The notes under the pieces were generated by a model. It searched no databases and had not been told where the DNA came from. It was given only the letters and a program-made list of their open reading frames with translations. The position numbers and the translations under genes were made by a program. This document shows, piece after piece, positions 1-10,010 of a stretch of DNA of 50,422 nt. Location: the NCBI GenBank assembly GCA_008369845.1, contig MRSU01010851.1, positions 1 to 50,422 of the forward strand, written 5' to 3'. The stretch comes from Trichomonas gallinae (Eukaryota). Every line of letters begins with the position of its first letter. The stretch's first letter is position 1.

Positions 1-204
1 AATGATAAATTCTGAGTGCATTTTGAAATCTTTTTGGAATATCTTGAAAATCGAGACTGATTGTATTGTGCTGAAGATGTAGAGAATGGCTTCCATTCTG
101 TAGCACTTGTACAAAGAGTAATATTTATCATGATGTTTTTCATCATATAAAAAAGAAGTTAAATTAATGAAACAATAAAGAATAAATTTAAATAATTATA
201 ACAA

Positions 205-1650
205 TTAACGATAGTTAGTCTTAGGAGTTATAACTGGTGTTTTCCTACTTCGTGATAGTGCAGATGAGCCTCTTGACATTGAAAGTGAGCTCTGAGGTCT
301 GTATTGCATTGGAAGCTCTTCTCGCTTTGATTTAATTGTGGATCTATCAATAGGGGTTTGAGCAGCAGTCCTCACAGCTTTAAGTGATTCTTTTCTGCTT
401 ACCCTGTTGGTTGTATAGCCGTAAGTTGGATTTGGTGGTAAGCCTTTCTTCTCGAGATTAGTGACTAGCATCCTATAGTGCTCTAACCTCTTGACTCTAC
501 CTTGCATATCTTTATCACGATGAATAAGCATCTGGTTTCTTCTTTCGGTTACCCATTGAGCGAATAACTCAAGCTGTCTGTTATGCTTGAGAATAATATT
601 ATCGCGTTGGAAGGCTAAGTCTTCCTGCAATTTCTCGAGTTGCGCCGCATCTTCAATCTTTTCGAGCTTATCGGCAGCTCTTTTAATTTTTTGTGCCTCT
701 TTATACTGCTGATTACGAGCTAACGATGCCTCTTTCTTTCTGAGAAGAATGTATTCGACGGAATGTTTGTGATATTTTCCAGGAAGTGTTTCGGGAAGAT
801 TATTATCGAAATCTTCGAGTTCTTTTGTATGCTGCTGTTTAAGTTGGTTCTTCTTCTCCTCGATTACTTCTTCAAATTGACGGAATTCTTCATTCCATTT
901 TTCATCTAACTCTTCGAGGGCGGTTAAAGCATCTGCCTCTTTATTAGCATAATCTGTGAATGTGTTTACACATTGTTTAGAGAATCCAGCAATATCAGCT
1001 GCTTTATTGCAGTTGGCGATTAATATTCTGTAATTTTCGGCATCTTGATATTTCTTGTTATTGTTTGCATCAATACGCAAATTTGTAAGTCTTTTGACAA
1101 CTTCATTGAGCATATCTTGATCGAAATCTTCAGGATTGGCACCATCGATAATTAAGTCAACCGCTGCTTGAATATCTTCTTCATTGATATTAGAATTTTG
1201 TTGTTGCTCTTGCATATTAGTGGATGATGCGTTGGAATCTAAATTTAGAGGTTCCAACGGTTGCGAATTTTGTTGTTTTATCTCTGTTTCGTTGTTTTCT
1301 TGTTTTTCTTGTTCGGCAGTTTGAGATTCCATTTCTTTCATCTCTACTTGCTCTTGTTCATCTTCAACTTTTATATCATCTTCTCCGTTATTTTCTACTT
1401 CTTTTGCAGATTCTAGCTGTTTCGCATCATCTTCGACATGTACATCAATCTCACCATCATTATCTTTATCTAATGTCTGCTTAATTATATTTATGTGGAG
1501 TGGATTTTCATCATCTTCGTCGTTCTCTTGTTCATTTAATTTATTTTTAAGCGTATCCTTTTCGTCTTTTGCTTCCTCTTCATTATCAATGAAGTCATCG
1601 AAGGATTCATTCGTTTTCTCTTCTTGGGTAGGCGGAGCTTCAGCCGACAT
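205..1650 (-). CDS. Acidic N-terminus plus coiled-coil protein (481 aa), function unknown
   Basis: Long ORF. The track start (1752) is TTG; the first ATG is at 1650 (MSAEAPPT). D/E/Q/N-rich N-half, heptad-rich C-half with SVEYILLRKKEASLARNQQYKEAQKIKRAADKLE. Confidence 0.85.
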   Translation of the reverse strand: MSAEAPPTQEEKTNESFDDFIDNEEEAKDEKDTLKNKLNEQENDEDDENPLHINIIKQTLDKDNDGEIDVHVEDDAKQLESAKEVENNGEDDIKVEDEQEQVEMKEMESQTAEQEKQENNETEIKQQNSQPLEPLNLDSNASSTNMQEQQQNSNINEEDIQAAVDLIIDGANPEDFDQDMLNEVVKRLTNLRIDANNNKKYQDAENYRILIANCNKAADIAGFSKQCVNTFTDYANKEADALTALEELDEKWNEEFRQFEEVIEEKKNQLKQQHTKELEDFDNNLPETLPGKYHKHSVEYILLRKKEASLARNQQYKEAQKIKRAADKLEKIEDAAQLEKLQEDLAFQRDNIILKHNRQLELFAQWVTERRNQMLIHRDKDMQGRVKRLEHYRMLVTNLEKKGLPPNPTYGYTTNRVSRKESLKAVRTAAQTPIDRSTIKSKREELPMQYRPQSSLSMSRGSSALSRSRKTPVITPKTNYR

Positions 1651-2288
1651 TGGAAGGAAAATAACGAACAAAAAACAAATCAAAAAATTTTTTAAACATG
1701 ATAGTTCCCTATTAGAAGGCAAGCTGTACAAAACAATCGCATCTTTTCTCAATAGTAATTTTTTTTTCGAAAAGACTGATTTTAAATTTTCATCACATTA
1801 TTGGGTTATTTATCCTATTATTTAAGGAGAGAGCTTCGGATTCAATAATTTTGCCAATTTATATATTTGAATTTAATCTTCAATGTGAAATAACCACAAA
1901 TTCCAAGTTACTGATCATTTCTTTACTCATGTTTATTCGCATATGATGAAATGGAAGATTTCAGATCTGAATTATCCAGCCATAATATGGTTGTTTTCAC
2001 AAAATATATGTGATGAATATAGAAATATAAATCAGAATTGATATTCAAAATGGTGATCAAGATTCGAAATAATATTTCTTAATTTTATGCAATAGAAATA
2101 TGCATCACAAGAAATATAGCCAACAAACATGCATCACAAGTCAAAAATTTTGCAACTTAAGAAATTGATATAACTATAAAAAGAACTGTATTTACTTCAA
2201 TGCCTAGTTTTGATGATTGCATATTTGTCACATTAATTATGTCTTTTTGCCACGTAAACATGATTGGTGTACGTTAAATTTTATTGGG

Positions 2289-5096
2289 ATGAAAGCAAGC
2301 GATTCCAAAGTCAATGAAATTTCATTTGACACAGAATCTGCTTCTTTCGAGGAGATAAAAGTATTAGCGCTACAAGTTCAGGAAGAAATTCCCGATAACT
2401 CTCCATTTTTTCCTTATAAGGCAAAATTTAACAAAGAATTGAATTTTTTTCAAAATGTATTTCAAAAAAATCAATTGCTACTTGCTAGATTATCCGATCA
2501 AAATGCACAAGTTATCTCCATAGCTTCAAAAATACAGATGATATTAAAAACATCAAACGAAGATACAGCAAAACTGAACGCTTTCAAACAAAAACATTCA
2601 GAAGTTTTAAATGTTATCGAATCTTTACACAAATCAGAGACGGCATCTAAATCGATAATTGAATCTCTGAGTAAAACATTATATAGTCTTCAAAACCAGG
2701 TAGATAAAGAAGGGTTATTTTCAAATGGTGACGAAGAATCCGCAATACAGGTTGCCAATGATGTCAAAATGCTCAAACAAGAATTATCAAAAGGTCAGAA
2801 ACAAATTCAAGAGTTAACTAACCAAATAACGAAAGAAAACGCAATAAGAGAAACAATTTTACAACAAGTTAAGACTATTACAGAAAAAGCAGACGAAATT
2901 CAAGAAAAATTAAAAAACATCGAAACAAATTATGCAAAAACATCAAAGGAACGGAATGAGCTGCGAGACAAATGTTTGCAGGTTAAAGATCAGAACAAAA
3001 ATATTAAAGACAACGTTATCAAGAACAGAGAAAGAATTGCATCACAGTCAGATCATATAGGACAACAAATGTTGACAAAGAGCGCTCTTGTTAAGACTCA
3101 GCTTGATGAAATCAAGAAAAACAGAGATTTGAAGCAAACAATTCTCTCGAAAAGCAAAAGGCATAGTGAGTTATTGAACTCAAATCACACAAAGAAAGAT
3201 GATGCATACCGTATAAATACATCAATTGCAGAAAACGAAATTGAAATAAAATCATTGCAAGGCCAGCTTGAAAACGCAAAACAAGTGTTGGATCTCACAA
3301 CACAATCTTTGAAGGATACAGAAGACCTCAGAAAAGATATTCAATCTCGGAAATTCGCAATGAGGAGAGAAAATACAAGACTCAAAGACGATATGGACAT
3401 GAAAACGAACCAAATCACACGAGACCAGAATGAGTCTAAAAGATACCAGCGGAAAATTCAGTCTATACAACATGATAAAACAGTAATTAAGAAGCATTTG
3501 GCAGCAGAGAAAACAAAACAATTTGAAATCGCTGGGGAAAATACCACATTGAGAAACATGAAATTTGTCGAGAAAAAGGAGGCACAGGATGTAAATGTAA
3601 AATTACGAAATTTCGAGATAGAGATAGACAACAAAACTTCAGAAATTCAACATCTTATTGCTCGTGAAATGTTGGTTTCTGATGAAAGAGAAGGCACCCT
3701 TCAAAAAATTGACGAGGATACGGTTTTGTTAGATACATACGAAGATAAAACAAGAAGACAGAGTGAGCTTATTGAAGTTAACAGAAATGAAAGGAATGCA
3801 TTCAAGAGAAAATGGATCAAACTTGTCGATGAACAGAAGGATTTATTGCAGTCTTTGGAAGAGCAGTGTGATATCTATTATGAGCTTACAAGAACTCTGA
3901 GAGATACAGAATTGAAGGCGGCACGAACGGCTTTTTTGACGCAAACCGCAAAAAATGAGGTAATAAATTTATCAGCAGAAAGAAATGATTTGCATAAAAT
4001 GGTTATAGAAGCAACAAGATCTAGTGAAGCTCTCAAATCACAAAAACAACTCCTAACACATGTTTATGATGATTTCCTCCATAAAAAATCGCTTGAAGAT
4101 AAAAAAATCACTGCAATTAAGACATCTTTACAAGTTATGCATGAGCAGCTCCATGAAAGAACCAAACTTGTCGCTCAACTCAGGTTCGATATTAAAACAA
4201 TTCAGAATCGTCTAGAAAAAGGATACACATTATTCGATGCCAAAAAGAATGAAATTGAAACTTTGGAGGCAGAGTATTCAAAGTTAGTCAGTCAACAAAT
4301 GATTCTCGAAGAAAAGAAAAGATCAGTGAAGACGCTCCAGTCCGATTTCAGAAGATATTATTCAGAATTTAATTTAGAACTACAGAAGACTGCTGCAATT
4401 ACCAATGAAATAGGTATCCCAAGAAATGTTCATAGATGGAATGTTTATCAATATACAAATCCAGCTTTCGCTCAACAACTTCGATACCATTGCATTTTGA
4501 CTGCAAGGCTCGATGAAGCACATAATGCTTGGCTGAAGCTAATTGAAGAAAAGAAAAGAATTATTAAAGAAATCGAAGCCAAACAAGCCAAAATTATTCC
4601 GCACGGAAAGAAACTGTCTGCTGCATTTTCTCTCAATATAGAAAATTTGAAAGAGTCAATTGCTGCTAAAGATAAAGAGATTGATGAAGTCAAAGCACAG
4701 GTAGAAGATGTTAGGAATCAAATCGAAGACATTAAATGTGAAATCGATTCTCTCAGAGGAAAAGTAACAGCACATAGAGGAACAACTGCTGTATTGCGAG
4801 GAAGAAATTACAATGCAGGAAAAATAATTAGAGCTAAAACGTCCCATGGACAAAGACCAAAAACAACTTCAGCCTTCTTCATCACTCAGAATGCGGCACC
4901 TCCCGAATTTGGTGGAGGTTTTGTGTTGAAAACAGAAATTCCACACACGGATGGCGATGACCAAATTTTTGCACAACCTGCTATTATAACATCTTCCAAT
5001 ACTTCAAGGCAACAACCTATTGCTACAGCAAACCAAATCGAAATCAAAAGGCCAAAAACAGTGCGAAGAAGGCCACAGACCGCTTTCAGAAATTGA
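2289..5096 (+). CDS. CFAP58/CCDC147-like flagellar coiled-coil protein (935 aa)
   Basis: Near-continuous coiled coil; the late motif EIGIPRNVHRW resembles the CFAP58-family PxNVHRW signature. First ATG at 2289 (track start is TTG). Confidence 0.7.
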   Translation: MKASDSKVNEISFDTESASFEEIKVLALQVQEEIPDNSPFFPYKAKFNKELNFFQNVFQKNQLLLARLSDQNAQVISIASKIQMILKTSNEDTAKLNAFKQKHSEVLNVIESLHKSETASKSIIESLSKTLYSLQNQVDKEGLFSNGDEESAIQVANDVKMLKQELSKGQKQIQELTNQITKENAIRETILQQVKTITEKADEIQEKLKNIETNYAKTSKERNELRDKCLQVKDQNKNIKDNVIKNRERIASQSDHIGQQMLTKSALVKTQLDEIKKNRDLKQTILSKSKRHSELLNSNHTKKDDAYRINTSIAENEIEIKSLQGQLENAKQVLDLTTQSLKDTEDLRKDIQSRKFAMRRENTRLKDDMDMKTNQITRDQNESKRYQRKIQSIQHDKTVIKKHLAAEKTKQFEIAGENTTLRNMKFVEKKEAQDVNVKLRNFEIEIDNKTSEIQHLIAREMLVSDEREGTLQKIDEDTVLLDTYEDKTRRQSELIEVNRNERNAFKRKWIKLVDEQKDLLQSLEEQCDIYYELTRTLRDTELKAARTAFLTQTAKNEVINLSAERNDLHKMVIEATRSSEALKSQKQLLTHVYDDFLHKKSLEDKKITAIKTSLQVMHEQLHERTKLVAQLRFDIKTIQNRLEKGYTLFDAKKNEIETLEAEYSKLVSQQMILEEKKRSVKTLQSDFRRYYSEFNLELQKTAAITNEIGIPRNVHRWNVYQYTNPAFAQQLRYHCILTARLDEAHNAWLKLIEEKKRIIKEIEAKQAKIIPHGKKLSAAFSLNIENLKESIAAKDKEIDEVKAQVEDVRNQIEDIKCEIDSLRGKVTAHRGTTAVLRGRNYNAGKIIRAKTSHGQRPKTTSAFFITQNAAPPEFGGGFVLKTEIPHTDGDDQIFAQPAIITSSNTSRQQPIATANQIEIKRPKTVRRRPQTAFRN

Positions 5097-5676
5097 AATT
5101 TTATATTATCATTTTTTATTGTTTGTAATTAAACTCTTATACATATGTATATTCTTGAACATTCAATTTTGTATTGAAACGGTTATAATTTATAATTTGA
5201 TGTTAATTAATTCTGCTTTTTTTTAACAAAATTAAGATGAACCACACATGAGTATAAAAATTAGCTTTTATGCATAAAATAAGTATGTCTAGGGAATCAA
5301 TGAGTAACTTGAAATGAAATCAGATTTCATGACTACTGCATATGCTCTCAAGCAAAATGATCATAATTTCTATTTGGAGCTGAGATGCATCTGCAGATCA
5401 GATCTCGACATATTCAAAAGAAATTATGATTCATAATTTAATTATGATTTAATATGAAAAATAGTATACTATATTTTTACATAATGCATAATATGTAAAT
5501 AAATATATTTATTAACTCATTCGACCAAATATGTTTATTTTTTGAATGGTTTACAATGGTGCAAAGTGGTGCAAAAGTGATCGACTCGAATATAAAATTA
5601 AAGAAGCTTATAAACGATACTTTTGATGAAAATTTAGTTCAAATATTTCTATTTAATATTAAAACGAATAACAAAC

Positions 5677-6741
5677 TTATTCAGCTTGGGCTTCCATTTC
5701 TTCACGCTCCTTAATGTGCTCTGCGATGTACTTAGCGTAGTCACCAGCGAGACGGATGACTTGGAATGTACCTTCTGCAGATGTAGCGACAAGATTCATG
5801 CCATCTGGTGTGAAGCCAATCCAGTTAACTGGAGACTTGAAAACCTTCATCGATGCGAATTCCTCCTGGAAAATTGTATGGAAGAAGTTAATTGTGAAAT
5901 CTGTTGAGCCGAAGTTTGTTCTGGCGACATCAGCATGCTCTGCTGTAGAAGCGAGGACGATGTGTGGTGCGATTGGAGAGATTGTTGCGCAGGAAACCTG
6001 GAAGTCGTGCTTGTATGTGCCAGCCGGCTTCTCGATTTTGTCTTTGGCATTACGTGGGAGAACCCATAATGATGCATTTGTATCTGCTGAAGCTGTAGCG
6101 AAGAAGAGGTTGTCCCAGGATAATGAGATGGAGTTAATGGCACCTCCGTGGGCTTGGACTGAATACGTAACTGGGGTGTTATCCTTTGATGAAAAATTGA
6201 TGACGTGGATAACACCCTTAACATCACCAGCAAGGACTGTATCTGATGTTGGCCATTTTAGTGCGTTGATTGGCGCATCAAATTTGCAGTCCCATTTGAA
6301 TTGAAGCTCCCTTGTTCTATCAAGAATATGATAACCAGTGACAACAATTTCCTGCTTCATCTGCTTTGAGGTGACGGCAGCAAGATAGTTCATGTTGCGA
6401 GGGCCAAAGCAGCATGCTGCGTGGAACTTTTTAGTATCAACATCATAGAGAACGTCGCCTGTTTCAATGCTATGAATAATAATTTGATAATCGCTACCAA
6501 CAGAAACAATGCGGTTGCCCTCGACATCAATATCAATATCGACAATAGCACCTTCGTGTCCGGTATAGACTTTGAAGTTGCTTTCCAACATGATGTTATA
6601 GCCAAATACATTTTTATCAGAAGCAACGAATACTAAATCGCCAGCGCTGTTAATGCAAGCGTGTGTGCAAGAACGCTCGCCTGGCTGGAAGAGGGCGCCT
6701 GATGATGTGTGGCCACGGAGTTCTGAGATATATCCTTCCAT
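5677..6741 (-). CDS. EIF3I: Translation initiation factor eIF3 subunit i (WD40)
   Basis: WD40 repeats (YTGHEGAIVDID, AHGGAINSI, FATASADTNASLW). eIF3i-type N-terminus (LRGH..ERS....N..GDLVF) and C-terminus (FFHTIFQEEFASMK...PVNWIGFTPDG...SAEGTFQV). ATG at 6741. Confidence 0.85.
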   Translation of the reverse strand: MEGYISELRGHTSSGALFQPGERSCTHACINSAGDLVFVASDKNVFGYNIMLESNFKVYTGHEGAIVDIDIDVEGNRIVSVGSDYQIIIHSIETGDVLYDVDTKKFHAACCFGPRNMNYLAAVTSKQMKQEIVVTGYHILDRTRELQFKWDCKFDAPINALKWPTSDTVLAGDVKGVIHVINFSSKDNTPVTYSVQAHGGAINSISLSWDNLFFATASADTNASLWVLPRNAKDKIEKPAGTYKHDFQVSCATISPIAPHIVLASTAEHADVARTNFGSTDFTINFFHTIFQEEFASMKVFKSPVNWIGFTPDGMNLVATSAEGTFQVIRLAGDYAKYIAEHIKEREEMEAQAE

Positions 6742-7162
6742 TTGGATTTTGAGAAGAGCCACAAAAAAAATTTTTGGTCTGACCTCGACTTTCCTTTTAT
6801 CGCATTTTTTGATGCTTTTCCATATATAATCAACGTTTACGATGAGAATATCGCAATTCGGATCTAATTTTTTTAGATTTGATCTTGAGCGACAATATAG
6901 TCTAGAACTCTGAATTTACTCTCTCTATAAAAGAAATATTTCTATATCACGCTTGTAAAACTTTATTATGCATAAAATTTATCACTCTTTATTCTAATAT
7001 TCTATCAATTATATATTACATTCCAAATAATTTATAAAATGAATTTGATATTCTATAGCATGGCAACATGTATCCTTTGTAAATTTTCATAACATTTCAT
7101 TTTTGATCTTTCAAAATCTCATTTGTTAAAAAAAAAAAAAAATAGGCAAAAACGAATATTGT

Positions 7163-8689
7163 TTACAATTCTTCAGCAGGTCTATCTTCATCGACACGTT
7201 CTTCTTCCTGATCATCGATATTCAAGTCTTCAGATGGTTTTTCAGTAGCGTAATCTGATTCGTCGACGAATCCATCCTGCGATGCTTTCTTGAGAATGAT
7301 GAATGGCTTGATAAAAAATAACATACAAACAACAAAAGAGTAAAGATCGTTCGCAGTATATGCGTAGAAAATTCTCTGTGGATTTGATCTTCCGTCGCCA
7401 GTGAAGTACAATAAAGTGCTAAATATTGGGACTGGCAATATCAATGTTAAAACAGATAGTAAAGAAGCAGCAAAAATCTTCTTCATTGCTTGAAGAACTA
7501 CAGGAATAATATACTGTATGCCAAGTGTGAATGATGTGTAATACATAATTGGAGTTGTCACTTCAGACAACTTTAAGAATGATTCATTGCTTGACCATAA
7601 CAATGATATCTGGACAGGCATTGCTATAATGAATATTGAAACTATAGATATGAATGCTGTACAGAGCCAAAGCCCATGGATAATTAAGCGAATGAGGCGC
7701 TTCGCATTCCTTGCACCATATGCGTATGAAGCAGGATTAAGGAATCCATTGGAGAAGCCAATTCCAATACCTCCAATAATAAGGTATAACTTCTCAACAA
7801 CAGCCCAAACAGCGATTGTATCTTCGTACTCATTAATAGCGATAGCAGCATTAGTGACATACTTTTGCATAAGAAGGAAAGGAAGATTAAGTGATATTTG
7901 AGAAATTAAGGTTGACAAACCAATGTTTAATGCATGCTTTGTTTCAGGTGTGAATTTCTGAATGAACATGGAAAGCTTTGGTGTTAATGTATATTTTCCT
8001 CTGAATATGTTGATTGTGATGATAATTCCTGGTATTGCTTGTGATAAAATAGTTGCAAGAGATGCTCCCCAGATTGGAGTTTTCAACCAGATTAAAAATA
8101 TCGGTGCGAAGACGCCAATATTAAGGATCAATGAAATGACTTGATAGACAGAGTATGCAACACTATGTCCATCAGCTTGGACAACACCTGATGCAACGAA
8201 GAAAATATAGTTGAAAACGCAGCCTGCTGTTATAGGCATCATGTACTCTAGACTTTTTTGCGATATTTCCATATTTGCGCCGAACCAGTGAACAATTGGT
8301 TTAGTCGCAGGAAGAACTATAATAGGCGTTACTATACCAAATATCACGCACAATCTTAAGAAATCAACAAATAGCTGGTCGCATTCTTCCATTTGCTTTG
8401 CGCCGTAAAGATAGCTCAAACGAACACTTATACCGGCAGAAAGAAAATGTGCGAACGCAACAGCTACGAATTCGACAACAAAGACTGCACCGTATACTTC
8501 CACACCAATTTGACCGATAGTTTTAGCTACAAGAATCGATCCAATTACATTATTTAATGCGTGAACTAGTTGTGATATTAGAGGTCCTAAGGACATTATA
8601 AGGAGTGTTATAAGCGGTGGGCGTCCACCTAAAAGATAATCCTCTGTGCTATTACTCTCTTCAAGTTGTTCCTCAACTTGCGGTTTCAT
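7163..8689 (-). CDS. MATE family efflux transporter
   Basis: About 12 hydrophobic segments in two halves; MATE-like PLISQLVHALNNVIGSILV, LSYLYGAK / ASYAYGARN and GASLATILSQ. Confidence 0.9.
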   Translation of the reverse strand: MKPQVEEQLEESNSTEDYLLGGRPPLITLLIMSLGPLISQLVHALNNVIGSILVAKTIGQIGVEVYGAVFVVEFVAVAFAHFLSAGISVRLSYLYGAKQMEECDQLFVDFLRLCVIFGIVTPIIVLPATKPIVHWFGANMEISQKSLEYMMPITAGCVFNYIFFVASGVVQADGHSVAYSVYQVISLILNIGVFAPIFLIWLKTPIWGASLATILSQAIPGIIITINIFRGKYTLTPKLSMFIQKFTPETKHALNIGLSTLISQISLNLPFLLMQKYVTNAAIAINEYEDTIAVWAVVEKLYLIIGGIGIGFSNGFLNPASYAYGARNAKRLIRLIIHGLWLCTAFISIVSIFIIAMPVQISLLWSSNESFLKLSEVTTPIMYYTSFTLGIQYIIPVVLQAMKKIFAASLLSVLTLILPVPIFSTLLYFTGDGRSNPQRIFYAYTANDLYSFVVCMLFFIKPFIILKKASQDGFVDESDYATEKPSEDLNIDDQEEERVDEDRPAEEL

Positions 8690-8712
8690 TATTTAAAATA
8701 ACTATTTTTTGA

Positions 8713-8717
8713 AAAGG
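8713..8717 (-). promoter_or_regulatory. M5-type core promoter element (CCTTT) upstream of the MATE gene
   Basis: CCTTT on the minus strand 23 nt before the ATG at 8689, with no canonical Inr nearby; matches the described T. vaginalis M5 motif. Confidence 0.4.
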
Positions 8718-10010
8718 CATCATTATTGAATTCAATTTTCAAAAAAAAAAAAAATTTTCTTGTTGAATTGTTCTGTGGAATTCTATAATCTTTCTTTTTG
8801 TACCAATGAATGGTTAAGTAAAAAAATTTTAATCGAAGCTTTTATTTTAAAGAAATTTTGTTGAGAATCATTAAAACATTAAAAATATATCTAACAATAA
8901 TTCTCTGAAAAGTTGTACGATAAAAACCATTTTATATGATGCCTATCCTTCAAGATGTGCGATTAAAGCTGCGCTGTCCAGTTTAAATTGGTGAGAACAA
9001 TAACATTCAGTAAAAAATGACAAAGTCTACTTTCAATAAGGTATTCTGCGTGGATATATTGGTTGTATACCTAAAAGAAAAAAGATTTAACTGGTTTATT
9101 TGGAAATCGGGGAGTTCAAAATTGACAATTTTCCAAAATCAATGTAAGACCAGCAATACCATAATAGAATTACTCTACACATTGTTCTCAGTACTATGCG
9201 TACGGTAAACATCGATCGTGATCGTAAAATTTTCAAATTTCGATCGTAACTAACCGAAAACAACAGTCCGGATGTGCTCAAAATCTATCAATAGCATATT
9301 TAGTTTGAACTATTACATTATTATGTGTAAGAACACAAAATCCATCATTTTTTATTTTCAAATCGCAAATTGAAAAGGTTTGATCAATACTTCAAGGAAT
9401 GATGCCTTCATTTCATTTAAATATTTAAAACATATGAGCTTTTATAACAAAATCTATCAATACACTTGTATTAACAAATCTCATAAGTTCTTCATCAAAA
9501 TTCAAAACAATTAATTCATTGGAAACGATCAACAATAGATAGAAATTACCTTATTTATATGTGAACATCTGCAAACAAATTAAATATCAAAATATAAAAA
9601 AATCACAATAAATATAAAAAACTATCATTGAATATATAACATAACCATACATTCAAGATATACACAGACTATTAAGCTATTATGACGAAAATTCCAATTA
9701 TGATATTTGCATTTCTCAACTCATATAATGACGATAATAGAAAATTTTCGAAGCATTTACCGGTTTTACATACACTTTATTCTGTTTCTCAGATTAAATT
9801 TTGATATTTATGATGAATTTTGGAAAGTTATTCAGCCCCATCAATGAAGTATATGGTTTGATTATCCAGCGTCTCATTAATGAGCTTGATAAAAATTTGT
9901 ATATGAGAATAATTATTTTTCTGGAGAATGTGAAATTTGTTGAAATAAACATTGTATTTAAAAATTAGACTCTAATAGAAATACTTTATCTATATAATAT
10001 AATACATTTG

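Noticed and set aside
1651..1752. TTG/GTG N-terminal extensions in the ORF track (also 2217, 6762, 15888, 16937, 27422, 32162, 34514, 39956, 41990, 50185)
   Set aside because: This is a eukaryote. The extensions run through T/A-rich promoter DNA, and an in-frame ATG gives a sensible N-terminus in each case.
1943..1970. ATGATGA...CTGA box C/D pair
   Set aside because: Only 28 nt apart with no terminal stem; expected by chance in AT-rich DNA.
8940..9300. Slightly GC-richer intergenic patch with 61-63 aa ORFs
   Set aside because: No recognisable motif and multiple stops in all frames. It may be a gene relic but cannot be supported.
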